From positions 62,001 to 116,220 of the forward strand of contig JYFJ02000731.1 in NCBI GenBank assembly GCA_000934665.2: a stretch of 54,220 nucleotides of DNA. The letters are read 5' to 3'. Of this stretch, positions 1 to 20,400 are shown piece by piece. Origin of the DNA: Catajapyx aquilonaris. Lineage: Eukaryota. A program made the translations under genes and the position numbers. Below the pieces are notes generated by a model, which saw only the letters and a list, made by a program, of their open reading frames with translations, did not search any database and was not told the origin of the DNA. Each line of letters opens with the position of its first letter. The first letter of the stretch is position 1.

Positions 1-195
1 GGACGCTGCTAACACTTTATGTAAATGTTGTTGCACACTGTTCAGGTGTGCAAGGCTATAAATAATTGTTGGAATTTAATTGCACAAAAAAATAATGTCA
101 TGACCACAGAAATACATTTTCCGGCTGAAAACTATGGTCATTCTTTTCCAGAAGGATATTGGTGCAAACGGACCATTACTTGCTCTGATCATATA

Positions 196-589
196 CAGGG
201 TGGTCCAACTTCAAGTGTCGTTTTATAACGGCTATTTATAGAAGCGCTTTACGATTATCGTAGCAGCGACGTGTAAAATGGCCCACTTCGGCGCCATCGA
301 AAATATTAGCTGTGTTTCGTTTGCAGGCTTCCCCCTTGCTTTACAGGTCCTTGGTCCATCTGGTGCCTTGGACGTCACCCATTTCACCCAGGCGCATCGC
401 AGGTCATGTGTGCACCTACTTTTTTCCAGGTCAACCCAGCAGCAGGGTTAATTACATGTGTGCTGCTATTGGCAGCTAATATTTTCGATGGCGCCGAAGT
501 GGGACATTTTACACGTCGCTGCTACGTCATCGCAAAATCACTGCTATTAATCGCCGTTATAAAACGACACTTGAAGTTGGACCACCCTG
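196..589. mobile_element. Tc1/mariner-type MITE, ~394 bp, long terminal inverted repeats
   Basis: Starts CAGGGTGGTCCAACTTCAAGTGTCGTTTTATAACGG and ends with its reverse complement. Imperfect inverted arms of ~115 bp, flanked by TA on both sides (194-195, 590-591). Confidence 0.85.
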
Positions 590-1162
590 TATACACCAGC
601 ATATATTCGCAACATTACTGTAATTGATGGGTATATGTTGCTTTAAAAATGGCAATATTCGCAAATGGGTTTCGTGAAGTACGCCGCAGCAATTGTGGTC
701 TTCGGGTTGTAATTGCAGGGGAGTGATGAGGTGGGGGGGGGGGGAGGATTTTTGTCACCAATGGTATATATTCAGAGGGTAATGACCTGGACAGACCCCA
801 CGCTGGTTTCGCAATCAGCAAATGACAATTATTAAAGCCGCAACGCCGCAGATATTGAATATTAATTCGTGGCACATCTGACATTTTGCTCTCCCAGTTC
901 AGTTAATTCAGCTCACGTTCATTGTGAAGAGATGATTGCGCCGATTATGTGCTTATTGTATAAAATTTCCACAGTCTTGTAATTACGGTCATATTATTTA
1001 TTATTCAATTATGGACATAACGTACTAGAAGTAATGCTAACTCTTATAAGTCAGGTTACGTGCTCTATCTGCGGCTTGCCTCCGTCACATCTGAAAACTC
1101 CCAAACTTATTAAATTTTCGCGAAATGCGACGATTTCAGCAAATTCGTCTCATTATATCTTC

Positions 1163-1443
1163 TGCGCAGTCTGGGTGCGCAGACCACGGCCTATTACTTA
1201 GATCGCGCAACTCCCTCCTCATATGGAAAGATAGGGAGATGCCGGGGGGCTGGCGCAGACTATGTGCGCAGATTGTGTGCGCAGATTGTATTATGCGAAG
1301 TCTGGATGCGCAGACCACGGCCTATTACTTAGATCGCGCAACTCCCTCCCCATATGGATAGATAGGGAGTTGCCGGGGGGCTGGCGCAGACTATGTGCGC
1401 AGATTGTGTGCGCAGATTGTATTATGCGCAGTCTGGGTGCGCA
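1163..1443. repeat. Tandem duplication of a 131-bp unit (~2.1 copies) next to the adenylyl cyclase splice donor
   Basis: GACCACGGCCTATTACTTAGATCGCGCAACTCCC recurs at 1182 and 1313; a partial third copy ends at 1443. Confidence 0.9.
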
Positions 1444-1448
1444 CTGAC

Positions 1449-8475
<7,027 letters not shown>

Positions 8476-8804
8476 GGCATCACCTGCTTGTTGTTGGATG
8501 GATGGATGGATGATGATGGTGATGTCCCCAGTTCCCCCTCCCTCCCTCCCCCCTTGTGGACCACTCTACCAACCCTCCACAGTCTGTGCAAGTCCGCGCG
8601 GACTGTCAGATCAGGAGGAAAAGGAGGCTGGGCTCGCTGCTGCTGCACAAGCGTCGCGACGCCTCCCTCCGGCCGACGCCTGCTCTGTGTGGACCTCCAT
8701 CTNCCCCCCCCCCCCTCTCTCTCCACACACACGCACACCTACCGACGGTGTCGGCGACGCCAGGCTGGGAAATACCTATACCACATAGATTCACACTCAT
8801 ATAT

Positions 8805-9572
8805 TAGACAGTCCACCCTAACTTGCCATTGACGTCATCTTTTCGCTAACCAACACTCCTAGTCAACGGAAATCTGCCGAACGCACCATTGACGTCATCG
8901 CTTCGCTTACCAACCCTATAGACAATGGAAATCTGCTGAACGCACCATTGACGTCATCGTTTTTCTTACCAACCCCTAGTCAACGGAAATCTGCTGAACG
9001 CACCATTGACATCATCGTTTAGCTTACCAACCCCTAGTCAACGGAAATCTGCTGAACGCACCATTGACGTCATCGTTTCGCTTACCAACCCCTAGTCAAC
9101 GGAAATCTGATGAACGCACCATTGACGTCATCGTTTCGCTTACCAACCCCTAGTCAACGGAAATCTGCCGAACGGACCATTGACGTCATCGCTTCGCCTA
9201 CCAACCCCTATAGACAATAAAAATCTGCCGAACGCACCATTGACGTCATCGCTTCGCCTACCAACCCCTATAGACAATAAAAATCTGCCGAACGCACCAT
9301 TGACGTCATAGTTTCGCTTACCAACCCCCTAGTCAACGAATCTGCCGAACGCACCTCTCACTTTTCAAGTTTTCCATGGAGATGCCCTCACACAACAATA
9401 TGAGTAAACAATATCAACAAAGAAAAGGACAATGTTTGCTCCCCTTGTTGAGTGAGAGCGCATTTTCCATGGAAACTGGAAAAGTGGGGCGATTTCGGCA
9501 GATTTCTGTTGACTATAGGAATTGGTAAACGAAACTATATGACGTCAATGGCAAGTTAGCGTGGCCTGCCTT
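8805..9572. mobile_element. Non-autonomous inverted-repeat element with an internal ~59-bp tandem array (9 units), each unit carrying a CRE palindrome
   Basis: Left end TAGACAGTCCACCCTAACTTGCCATTGACGTCAT versus reverse complement of right end AAGGCAGGCCACGCTAACTTGCCATTGACGTCAT. Tandem units ccattgacgtcatcgtttcgcttaccaacccctagtcaacggaaatctgccgaacgca span 8826-9355. Internal inverted repeat at 9359-9486. Confidence 0.85.
8830..9547. promoter_or_regulatory. Cluster of nine perfect CRE/ATF palindromes (TGACGTCA) plus one TGACATCA variant, 5' of the adenylyl cyclase ATG exon
   Basis: TGACGTCA at 8830, 8890, 8949, 9065, 9123, 9181, 9241, 9301 and 9540; variant at 9007. The motifs are seen directly; function is inferred. 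Confidence 0.5.
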
Positions 9573-11752
9573 ATATTATTCACTTTCATATAAGAAAATA
9601 TATGAACTATCCGGATCCTGGGGTTGAACCAGTCACCTCTGGAGTAGAGGGCTTGCCAAGAGAGAAACAATTAGATTAAATAGTCCGAATTGAATCTGGA
9701 TTGCAATTAATTAATTTTCAATTGCAACAATATTAGAGCCAAACGTGAATTCGATACACACAACCGAATTTTAGCATAGGCTACAGGTAATAATACTTTT
9801 GATAGCCATTAAAGAGTAACTTCTTAAATAAAAACGTAGCGTAGTGCGCAAAAAAAATGTGCAATCGTACGAGTATTTTGGATCACCCTGTATAATTATG
9901 TATTCCAGAAGTATATGGCAACCTTTGTAATTAATAGTTATTAATTAAAAATGTGGATTGGCCCGTATATTTTATTCCTGACACTTGTAAAAACCCATTA
10001 TTTTTTGTCTCATTATTTTGTGTCCACATAAGTGGAGCTTGCACGTATCAAACTTGAACATTTCCCCCCCNCCCCCCCCCCCATAGAGTCAGAGTGACAT
10101 TGCACATATAGCCTATATATATATATATATATACCTCTCGAGTGATGACTCTGAAGGCTCGTTATCAATTTATCGCATCGTCGATTCGAAGACGTTGATT
10201 CATCGCCTAGTTAGATCAATACGACGTCTAATTATTGCAGCGTCATATCGCAGCTCGACGATTATCGCGATGCTGTTAATTAAACGGGCCAGTTGGAACA
10301 ATGTAAATTATTATATTGGACACCTTCCCGCGGACATCAGAAGAGACAATTTTATTAATATAATTTGACGTTTTGTAAACCAGCAATGGTCGTTACCAGC
10401 TAAGTAAAGACGTTTGTGTTATACGCTTATTGTCGTGATTGTAGTTGCCTCTGGTTTGCTGGAGGGAACAATCCATATAGAAGCGGCCAGGCTCTTATTT
10501 TGCGAATAATTTTTTTTGCGAAAAAATGCAGAGTTGTTGCAGGCACAGCCGTGTATAATTAACTATACATTATGCTCGCACTTAGCAGTAAAAGTGCAGC
10601 AATTGCTTTAAATGTTTTAAAAGCATGTATGCATTGCATGAGCATCAAAGCATTGCGTGGACCTGCTGCTCTATAAGTGAACCTATAAGCATAAATATTC
10701 CATCAAAATTCTACATTACGTATGCTCTTTCCAGCCCTCATTATCCTATACATCTCTGTATACACTCATACAAAGTGGTCTCAAATGTACTGATTTACTC
10801 TCATTGCAATAATTTATACGATGTAATTAGTTTAGTCAATTTTGGCTCCATTATTTTTTGTCTCTTTGATATATAGTGAGACCTCGCCAATATTATTTTG
10901 CAATAACAATGATTTATGTATGCCATGTAATTGGAGCCAAATGTAATTTTAAGAAGGCACTTCAGGTGGCAAGCTCTGGTTGATTTTTTTCTGATGGATG
11001 CCTTTCATGCCTCAGATTCTTCTGAGGGAAAAGGCTTCAGGTAACAAGGCCCGTGTACTTTGTGAGCCCCAAATTGAATCAGCAGCTTGGGAACAAACTT
11101 TATAAGACATAGCCGCCAAGTACGACACTTTTCAACTACGCGACCAATTCCTCCACCTAGCAAATGTTATATCCGCATAACAAGTAGAGCAAAATACATG
11201 TATTTTTTGCTGGAAAAAAAGAATTTTTATTATGACGTCATCTTTAAATTGGCTTTAAATTTTCAATTATTTCAATTATTCCCGACGTGAAAACATAATA
11301 GTAAATTTTTTTGCTGAATTTGAGTATGACCTCTGCAAACATTGCCGGTAATAATCGAGCCTCGTAGTTTCCCCAGTCCAGAAAGCAGCGCAGCAGGTGG
11401 TGCCAGGTCTAATCTGGTTAAACACCGCACCATTTAAAATTCCCTCTGAAGCATTAAAGTTGAGAGGTAATTAAATTGTAAAGTTTAGTCTCTGCTGGCA
11501 CCCAACCATAACTCGCTCATCACTTATGTATATTTACACATTAGGTTGAAGGGTCATATTTGAGTGTATGCGACGAAAGTTGGAAATTTTCCAACCGTGA
11601 TTTATTTACTGCAATTTCTCTGTGTAATTAACACACTGTAATGTTGCGATTTCATCATAAAACAAATTATTATGTACAGCATAACAAAAATTGTCTGTCA
11701 TTAAACTTCTGACATGTAGTTGCTAACAGCAGTATTTAAAACCCTCATAATT

Positions 11753-11974
11753 ATGATTTTTTTACGAGCTCAACTGAGTGCGCACCCTCACTCGCGCAAG
11801 TGCATTTTTTTCCCGACAACAACGTTGCCACAGTCACTCATCAAGAACCAAATTCTAAGGTTCATTCCAGAAACTTGGCAACGTCGCGAAAGTCGGCCAT
11901 GTTGTTACCCCCCTCAAACGTATTTGCGCGAACTGTGTTGCGCACTCGGTTGCGCTCATTTAAAAAAAAATCAT
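11753..11974. mobile_element. MITE with terminal inverted repeats; second copy in opposite orientation at ~18709-18974
   Basis: ATGATTTTTTTACGAGCTCAACTGAGTGCGCAC...GCGCACTCGGTTGCGCTCATTTAAAAAAAAATCAT. The internal GACAACAACGTTGCCA is shared with the reverse complement of 18898-18914. Confidence 0.7.
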
Positions 11975-12232
11975 TTATAACTGCAGTATTTCCAATCATT
12001 ATGTGATGTGAGCAATTATGAATATTGTTGGCACCAAATACAATTCATACTTGACATCAAATCATGCCAGGGTCGGAAATCCTAGCGAGCCGGTTCCGGA
12101 ACGGGTTCACTTTCCTTGATGCTACACTGACACTGTGTAGAATCGTGTTTTTGATTGCTATTATTGACCCAATAGTTAATAAAGGTGACCTTTTTAATTG
12201 GGCACAGCCTACTTTCGATAACACTGAGCTAA

Positions 12233-12451
12233 GGGCCGAATTCAGAGAGGTTGCTTAACGTAAACGCGCCCGATTAATTCCTTTAGTCATCCTCGATTAG
12301 CAAATTTAAAAGTGCTAGCAAGTGCGATTAGGGGGCGTTTAGCGCTAATCGCCGTCTTTGTATTAGCAGGTTGATTAAATTTGCTAATCGAGGCTGACTA
12401 AAGGATTTAATCGGGCGCGTTTACGTTAAGCAACCTCTCTGAATTCGGCCC
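12233..12451. mobile_element. PIF/Harbinger (Tourist-like) MITE, 219 bp
   Basis: TIR GGGCCGAATTCAGAGAGGTTGCTTAACGTAAACGCGCCCGATTAA is repeated inverted at the right end. TAA target-site duplication at 12230-12232 and 12452-12454. Confidence 0.9.
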
Positions 12452-13626
12452 TAACTTGGTCGGAAAAACCATGGACAACATCACCAAATCGTTAATGCTT
12501 AACAGCTAGAAAGGTTAGTGGAAAACCCCCCTAATCATTCTAGCTGTTTATAATTAGCAATTTAGCGCCGCCCACGGTTTACTAACCGAATTAGCTGTTA
12601 GCGGAAGTTATCTGAGCTAAAAATTCCGGTTAGCTTGCCCAGCTCTGCGATTTTTGTCACCGGTACCAAATATTGACAAATTCTGATCAATTGTTATGAA
12701 AATATATATATTAATATCCGCTAATCCCTGGGCAAGAATATCATTGGCGCAACCAGAGTATGAAGTGTGCAATTCGCAAAAAAACAAATAATTTATTGGC
12801 CATTCGGGTTCGTGATGTTAGACAATCATGGCGGTATATGCGAAAATTGGTAGGCGTATATGGGGGATGGCCAACACACCCCCCAGAGGCTATCATAATT
12901 ATAGTGAGTGTGCTAATATGGTAATGCGACACGCGGAGCTGCGGGGGGGTTTCATCATAAAACCGCGATGTGAACTGGGTTTTTGCACACGTTCAAAAAA
13001 TTCGCAACATGGCTTCTTGGCTGCCTGGATGATATATATTGAAGCCGAACATCCAGGATTCAAACAGGTTGGTATTACTGTATTACACACACAAAAAAAA
13101 AGCATTTTTGGGATAAATAATATGCAATCTGTCCACAAGTTTGTCCGGTCGTAAACAAGTAGGTTTCATTTATCTGGGATACAAATATAATCGTCGGTGG
13201 TCTGTCCCCTATTTTTTATCGGAGAGAAAGGCAACATGCAGTTTTATAGAGTCACGGGACACCGGGTGTCAAACGGAATTTGAAAAATTATCGGGTTCCC
13301 TTTTCAAAGGGTTCAAACTCGCGGGGATTGTTTATAATTGCGCCCAGTTATTATCGGACGGATTCTCTTTTTTTCGTTGTTGTTGTTGTTGGGGGAAAAA
13401 AACGCGTGTGGCTACTAACACTGTAGTCGCTTCCGAGTGAATGCAGCTTCATCGGTTTATTGGCAAAAGTTCGATTTCGAACGCGCTCTCTTTCCCCTCT
13501 CTAGCAACCCCAAACTGGTAAACAGATCTCGACTTAAATTGAGGCTAATTGGCCAGACAAAAATGACAGAGGTCATCATATTTCCAGCCGTTTCAGGTGA
13601 GCTCCCATTATGCTTCACAATGGCTC

Positions 13627-13738
<112 letters not shown>

Positions 13739-13819
13739 GCTAGGCACCAACTTGCCAAAATATGGCCAAAAATTAGGCAAAAGTGCGAAAGTGGAGAGGA
13801 CAGAGAGGCAGCAGCATCA

Positions 13820-14079
13820 AAGCGACATCCGACGGTGAAGTGCAGAAGTAAGCGAGTGTCCACCCAGGAGGAGGCGCCCGGAACGGCAGAAATGGGAATT
13901 CCGTGGAAGGGGCCGAGGGCGGGGTTTTTTATGCGTTTTTTGAGTTTTACAAAGTCCTTCGGCACCGTTTCCAAAAAAACAAAAGTGGTTTGCAAATATA
14001 GAAAACACGGGAAAAATTTTGACACCACTCCCAAAGCTGTAGACCGTAGCCTACGGTGCGGGAGGAGTTTCCATCACAG
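13820..14079 (+). repeat. Dispersed repeat, ~260 bp; inverted copy at ~48187-48444
   Basis: AAGCGACATCCGACGGTGAAGTGCAGAAGTAAGCGAG...AAAAGTGGTTTGCAAAT...TTTTGACACCACTCCCAA...GCGGGAGGAGTTTCCAT matches the reverse complement of 48187-48444. Confidence 0.8.
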
Positions 14080-14094
14080 GCGGCATTTAATAAC

Positions 14095-14176
<82 letters not shown>

Positions 14177-14219
14177 ATTATTATTATTATTATTATTGTT
14201 GTTGTTATTATTATTATTA

Positions 14220-14251
<32 letters not shown>

Positions 14252-14266
14252 GTTGTTGTTGTTGTT
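14095..14266. repeat. Compound microsatellite (GAT)n(TAT/TGT)n
   Basis: Directly visible. Confidence 0.95.
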
Positions 14267-15709
14267 TTATTAGTCCTAAAATGTGGAACGTAAACGTTTT
14301 CCAAATTGGGTAAGTGTTCGCCCTTATACAGGTGTAACTAACTGCACCTATTGTCATCTCGGCCACGTCTCGAGCGCGTCTTATCATTATTGCCATCTGG
14401 TGTAAAAGCCGCCACTTTGGTCTTCATGACTCGTCGTAACCCCCACTTGTAAACAAGAGTCTGGAGCAATTTCAAATTGAATGGAACCGCGCGTTTCAAT
14501 ATACAACCCCGCGCGTCCTCCCTTTTCAAAAACCCGGTTTCAATATGTTCCTGTCACCAAACCCATCTCTAAATGTCGACCCAGTAATTAACGTGCAAAA
14601 AAAAACGTCATTTAAAAAAATTAGACCACTCCAAATTATTGGAAAGTAGGCCTACCATCCGACATTTCCTCCATTATTTTTTTTTGTAGTTGAAGTGCAA
14701 TAATTATTACCCTTGAGGTGTACCGCACTTTTTCTCCCTTTTTTTATTCCACCATCACCCACAAGCTTTTCGATTCCATGGGGTCGAGTCCATTTGTATT
14801 TAATGAAGAACTTTTTGGTCTGTTATTTCCCGGACCGTTTCTGACGTCATTTGCCCCCCAACGCCTCCTCCCGACCCCCTCTTCTCATCGACGTCCCCTG
14901 GATGCTGCTCTAGCTCCTCTTCCTCTCTCCCTCTCTCTCTCTGGTTGCCATGGTCACCACCGGAAGCTTCCCTCCACCCCTCCACCCCCCTTCTCTCTAC
15001 CTCTCTTCACTATTTTTTTTTATATTCCCATCCTCCTCCTCCTCCTCCTCTCCCCACCTCCCCGCTTACATCTCTTCTCTGGGAGGTGGGTTGATAGGAT
15101 GCGACGTTGCCATGCAGATAGATTGACGCTCCATTGTTGGGGTATTTGGCAACGTCGCATCTGCAAGGGATGTAAGGATGAGGGAAATTATAATGTCAAA
15201 ATTATCAGAGTAGCCTACCATCATGCAGTGAATGGAACCGTCACGAAAGTTCAATAAGGATTAATCGAAACAGTGTGCTTCGATCGCCTCGGCCATGAGA
15301 AAGAAGTTAAAATTAAAATTGCATTGTAACAGTCCCCCCCCCCCCCTATAGCGCCATGGTGGACTTTGTCCGCGGAGTGACTCATCACCAACGTGCATGT
15401 AGTACTGCTTTCGTTCTGAGAGAGGCAGGAGTGTGCTACTATGCGCCAACTGGTAGTTGCCTGTTGTACTACGTCCAAGTAGGACGGGGACCGGGCAGTG
15501 TTGCCAAAATTTGGCAACGGGTTCGCTCCTAGTAAAATAGAATAATATAATTTACGAGTCTATAACTTAACCATCCATTAGTATTTACTAATGGATGGGT
15601 AATTTAGACGACGCTTTTGAATATATTCAGATCTAATGAACTTTTACCTACTGTATAAAACGGACGTTATCGGACATATAAGCAGAACGTTTAAAGTCGA
15701 GCAGTTTCA

Positions 15710-15857
15710 TGGCCAGTTTCACCAAGCCCGGTTTTCATTTTAAAAAACCGGTTCTTTCGGAAAATCCTTGGGAAAATGGAAAATCCCTATTCTATTTGCA
15801 GGGATTTTCCGAAGGAATCGGGGTTTTTATGAAAACCGGGCTTGGTGAAACCGGCCA
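15710..15857. mobile_element. Harbinger-like palindromic MITE, 148 bp
   Basis: TGGCCAGTTTCACCAAGCCCGGTTTTCAT ... ATGAAAACCGGGCTTGGTGAAACCGGCCA, with a 3-bp direct repeat TCA on both flanks. Confidence 0.8.
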
Positions 15858-17402
15858 TCATGACGTTTTCATACTTTAAACGAGCCGTTTAAATAATTTT
15901 GTACGGCTTAACCCACTGTATATCCTACTCTGTAGTTAATATTTTACCCATGTCGATTTCTTTAAAGCCCCTGCATCACTGTATAGAATTACTACTAGTC
16001 TACTATATCGCTCAAATAAATTGGATATACGATTGTGCATTTGGTTTCAATGCAAAAGTAATATTATTATTTTTTAAATATAACAATAACAAGCATGCCA
16101 TGAACTTTTCGTTGTTGCAAATCCGATTGCTCTTGGTCATTAATGGTTTATGTCACTAATTGACAGCAAGCTCAATCTCTGTTTTATTAAACGGGTTGCT
16201 GGGGGGTAAACAACCCTCAACTTCTCCCCCCTTTCTCTCCTTTCGATGTTCAATCACTGGAATATTTTACTGATGACAATGTGATAAACCATCCCAATTA
16301 TTAATATTAGCCACATGTATCGTCTGCATACCGGTTCTTATCACAGGTTCGCTGCATTTTCTCCAGCAACAAAACCGATCCATTTTTGGGCGGATCGATT
16401 GGGCCCAGCCACACTTCACACCTATCCCCCCAAAAGCCACCCCTTTCCCCTGGCACCCAACTATAATTCCATCAGGCCTTCAACCCGTAAAAAGGTTTTA
16501 TACAAACTGTCAGTAGCCCATCTACAGTATCTGCCACAATGTATCAACAAATTAACAGGCAGTTAATTATTAACCATCGTTTGCGTAACCGCTCGTTACC
16601 AAAAAAAAAAAGTTCAAACTTCTTATAGTAATGGCTATAGGAAACAGCAGATTTAATAAACTGCAGGTTAATCACATTATATGCAGTACAGGTACTTGCA
16701 AAAATATTATTATATGTTAAAAGCGCACTGCGAATGTGTGGTTTCCTCGCAAATGTTAGAGTTTGCACCAAAAATGGTTTGCAAAATTGCAAATAAAAAA
16801 GTTTGCAAAACGCTCTCTCTCGCATAATGATATCAAGTAAACGAATTGAAAATTCTCTGTAATTTCCACAGGTATATTCACTTGCACTATAGCTCGTTAC
16901 TCAACTTTTCTCAATTTTTTATGCATAATAATAATGTGCAAAAATTATTGGCAGTCGACAATGTTATTGTTCACTCCATCAACCACTTCGTAAAGAGAAG
17001 CATCATAAGGAGTAAACAATATTATTCTTTCCCTACCAACAATTTTGCATTGATTTTAATTAATTAATTAATTATATTTATAGCATCCATTGCATAATTC
17101 AAATGCAAAAGTTACAAAAAAACCGGACATGATTTATTTACAGTCGGTACACCAACAAAACCATACATTTGGAGCACATTTTTTTTGTGTGTGAAAAGAT
17201 TTTTGCGACGTCTGGAGATGACGTCTATTGATAGACCTTAGCTATTTTGGCTGATCGATGTGGATCAGGATTCAAGAGGATTTTAGGGCTCCAGCAAAAG
17301 ATGGGAGATAATAATAAAAAAAGGAGGACAAATATGGGAGAGTCCACCGGGCACATTTTTTGAGATGCTGTGTGTATAGCACGTACACTTTTATATGTAT
17401 GG

Positions 17403-20400
17403 CTACGTACAAAGGGGAACGGAAGGTAAGGTTTTGCAGGAGGCTTCTTTTCCTTCTTTCATCGGGCTGCTTTGGTCGTATCCGATGTTTTGAAGCTCTG
17501 GAAATATAGAACAGGACCACAAATCTACAGGATGTTTCATATACGTAAATCAGAAAAATCAGATCATTCGGAATTAATTTTGCTGCTAACCACTGTTAAT
17601 TATATCAAATGAAAAAGTAAAACTCATAATTTTAAAAAAAAATCTTTGATATTTTTTGTGGGTTGACACATTATTGCATAACACCGTTCAAATTATGTTG
17701 AACGTCTCATCAGGGAGCAATATACTACATAAGAGGCGCAAACTTCGGTCGGCGCCTTTTATGTTCGCGTCTCTCTGTTTGGGGCCGTTGCCGTTTGAAG
17801 TGGGGGCAACGCCAACGAGGTATAAAATAGGGTACAGGCAAAAAATAGGGTCCGCCATCTTTGATGGTTTTGGCGGCCATGGCAACTACACGGCAAGAAG
17901 ACGCGCGAAATCAAAGATGGCGGACCCTATTTTTGCCTGTACCCTATTTATACCTCGTTGACGTTGCCCACATTTCAAAATGGCCGCCAGCCGTGGCAAC
18001 GCCCCAAACAGAGAGACGCGGAAATCGAATGTTTGCGCCTCTTATGCTCCCTGGTCTCATCATATGTGGACCGGATCTAGACCAGGTCCACCTTTTTTTT
18101 TTTAAAAAAAGAAGAACAGTGTGAATGGTCTCATCGCCCTCTCCTGAAGCTCACGATTTTGCAATCTCAAAATGCGACGTTGATTTGGGGAGGGGGGGGG
18201 GAGGCTGTCAAAACATGCATAAATTATTGATGGAGCCTGGTTTTTACGAGCATGTCGTATATACTTTATAAAATATATTCACCTCTGAAGTAGTCTTCGT
18301 GATGGAGCAGCCTCTCAACCAATAGCGAGTTGTCCATTGGAGGAAGGTCGCCTCCAAGCTCCTCAGGCAGTATCGAACTTGGAAGATTGTGTTTTTGCAA
18401 GGATTTCACGTCGCCGTGGACATGAAGCTGAAAAAATGGGTCCAAAAAAAAGAAGGTATGAAACTGATGGGCTTATCCCAACTTTAAATCGAACTTTCCC
18501 ATTTTCACTCACACCTAAAATATTTTAGATAGTCCAACTTAGGATGAAAAGCTGCCAACATATCAAATACGTAAAGCCAAAAAAAAAAACTATTGTTTAC
18601 AGATCCGGTTGCACCAACTGCATGAAAACATTTTTCGGCTCAGGAAAAAAGTTTGTTTTGTCAACATTTCCAGCTGGAAAAGGGCCCCGACATTAAAAAT
18701 CATGCTGCTGATTTTACTTTTAAAACGAACGCAACCGAGTGCGCACCACAGTTCGCGCAGTGTGCACGGTTGGCATTATCACCTCTGCATAGTGCACTTA
18801 TTTCCAACGCTACAATTGGAACCGTTTGAGATGTTGCCAAATTAAAGATCTGGTACAAATCTCAGAGGATGTGAATTTGCCACTTGAGGAGTAACTCTGG
18901 CAACGTTGTTGTCAGAAAAATAAAGCTGCGCGGAATGTGGGTGCGCACTCGGTTGCCCTCGTAAAAAAAATCATTTACTAATCAACTATGGCTGTTTGTT
19001 TGTTTGTTTGTTTGCACTTATGAACTTGTGCAATGTTTAGTGTTTTAAGTGTATATTTTCCAGCAGGTAGCTTTTGTAGCCTATAGAGAAGACTATTGAC
19101 TTCCATCCCTCACCCGCAAAACCTTCCTTCCCTATTTTCTCTCTGTCCTAATGAAATATCCATCGAGTTCAAGGGTAGGTTTGCAGAAAAGCAAATACAC
19201 AGTAAGGTTTCTTTGCGGATCAAACTGTATAGATGATGCAATTACGCAGGTGGCCCTCTAAAAAATTTGCTATACAGTGTGTTTCATCAAAAGTAACATT
19301 CAGTTCAAAGTTATCGTTCCCCTGCATTATTATAATGGAATGGTTTTTTGAAATGTATTGCAGTAATTAATTTTATTGTATAAATCTGCGTGTCTCATAA
19401 GTGAGCTTACATAGCCTGTAGACTTTATGCAGTGAACCTGCTCCCTGTACAACCCCCCAATTTGCTTAATGCTCTGGCCTCCCTGGCTCAGCTGCAAATA
19501 CCCACTAGCAATGATTAAATTTGCAGTTTGCATTGTTTCCACTGTACTCTTGGTGAGGAAACCTTTAAACAACAAAAAAAACAGAAGCATCTGCGCATCA
19601 TTCTAACCTTCTCCTGTAATGAGATGTAGGTGTTGGAATCTATTTTTAGGATCCGGAAAGGGCTCAAATGTCATGTGTAGATGTAATGTAAGCTTATCGC
19701 AGATTAGATTTGGACGCTCTCACCTATAGTGACAACTGGACCAAAATTGAAGTTGTCATCGGGTTGTCCTTTCCCCACCCCCCACCCCCCCACCAATACA
19801 GTGAATCCAGCAGGAAACCGGATCCGTTTCGGAACCGGCCCACTGTTTGGTCAGCTGCTGATTTTTGCACTTAACAACCGGAAATATTGGGTCCCCTTCA
19901 CTAAGTTTTGCGTTAGTGCACCGCTTTAGCATGATCGCACTAAGTCCGCACTAGGCCCGAACTAGGCCTAAAGTGCGACTCTGCATACGACTTTTCTTAG
20001 TGAACTGGGTCACGTGGTTTAAAACACTGCACTAACTTCTTGTTGTTGACTCTGAATACGGCCAAGATACGGCCCATTGTGTCAGAATCTGAATGCAACA
20101 AAAGTGAGTCGGTTCCGGAACGGGTCCAGTTTCGTATATGGGTTTACTCACCCTGGACCTGAGCTTCTCCGAGAGAAAAGGCCTGATCAGAGCGAAGATT
20201 AGGTTGATGAGCCTGCCTCCCCTGACCAGGTGGATGGCTTTGATCCTGAGGGGTATGCAGTTCTGCAGGAGGGTCATGACCTTCCTGATATATCCAGGGG
20301 TCACCAGTCGGAGGTTCCAGAGAGACAGATCCTCCATGTCCACCACGCATACCACTCCAGCCACCTGAGTCTGAGCCTCCATCAGAATCAGCTCCAGGAT

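Noticed and set aside
8826..9355. CRISPR-like appearance of the regular repeats (also 33401-33661, 49977-50190, 51482-51745)
   Set aside because: Units repeat over their whole length with no unique spacers, there are no cas genes, and the context is eukaryotic.
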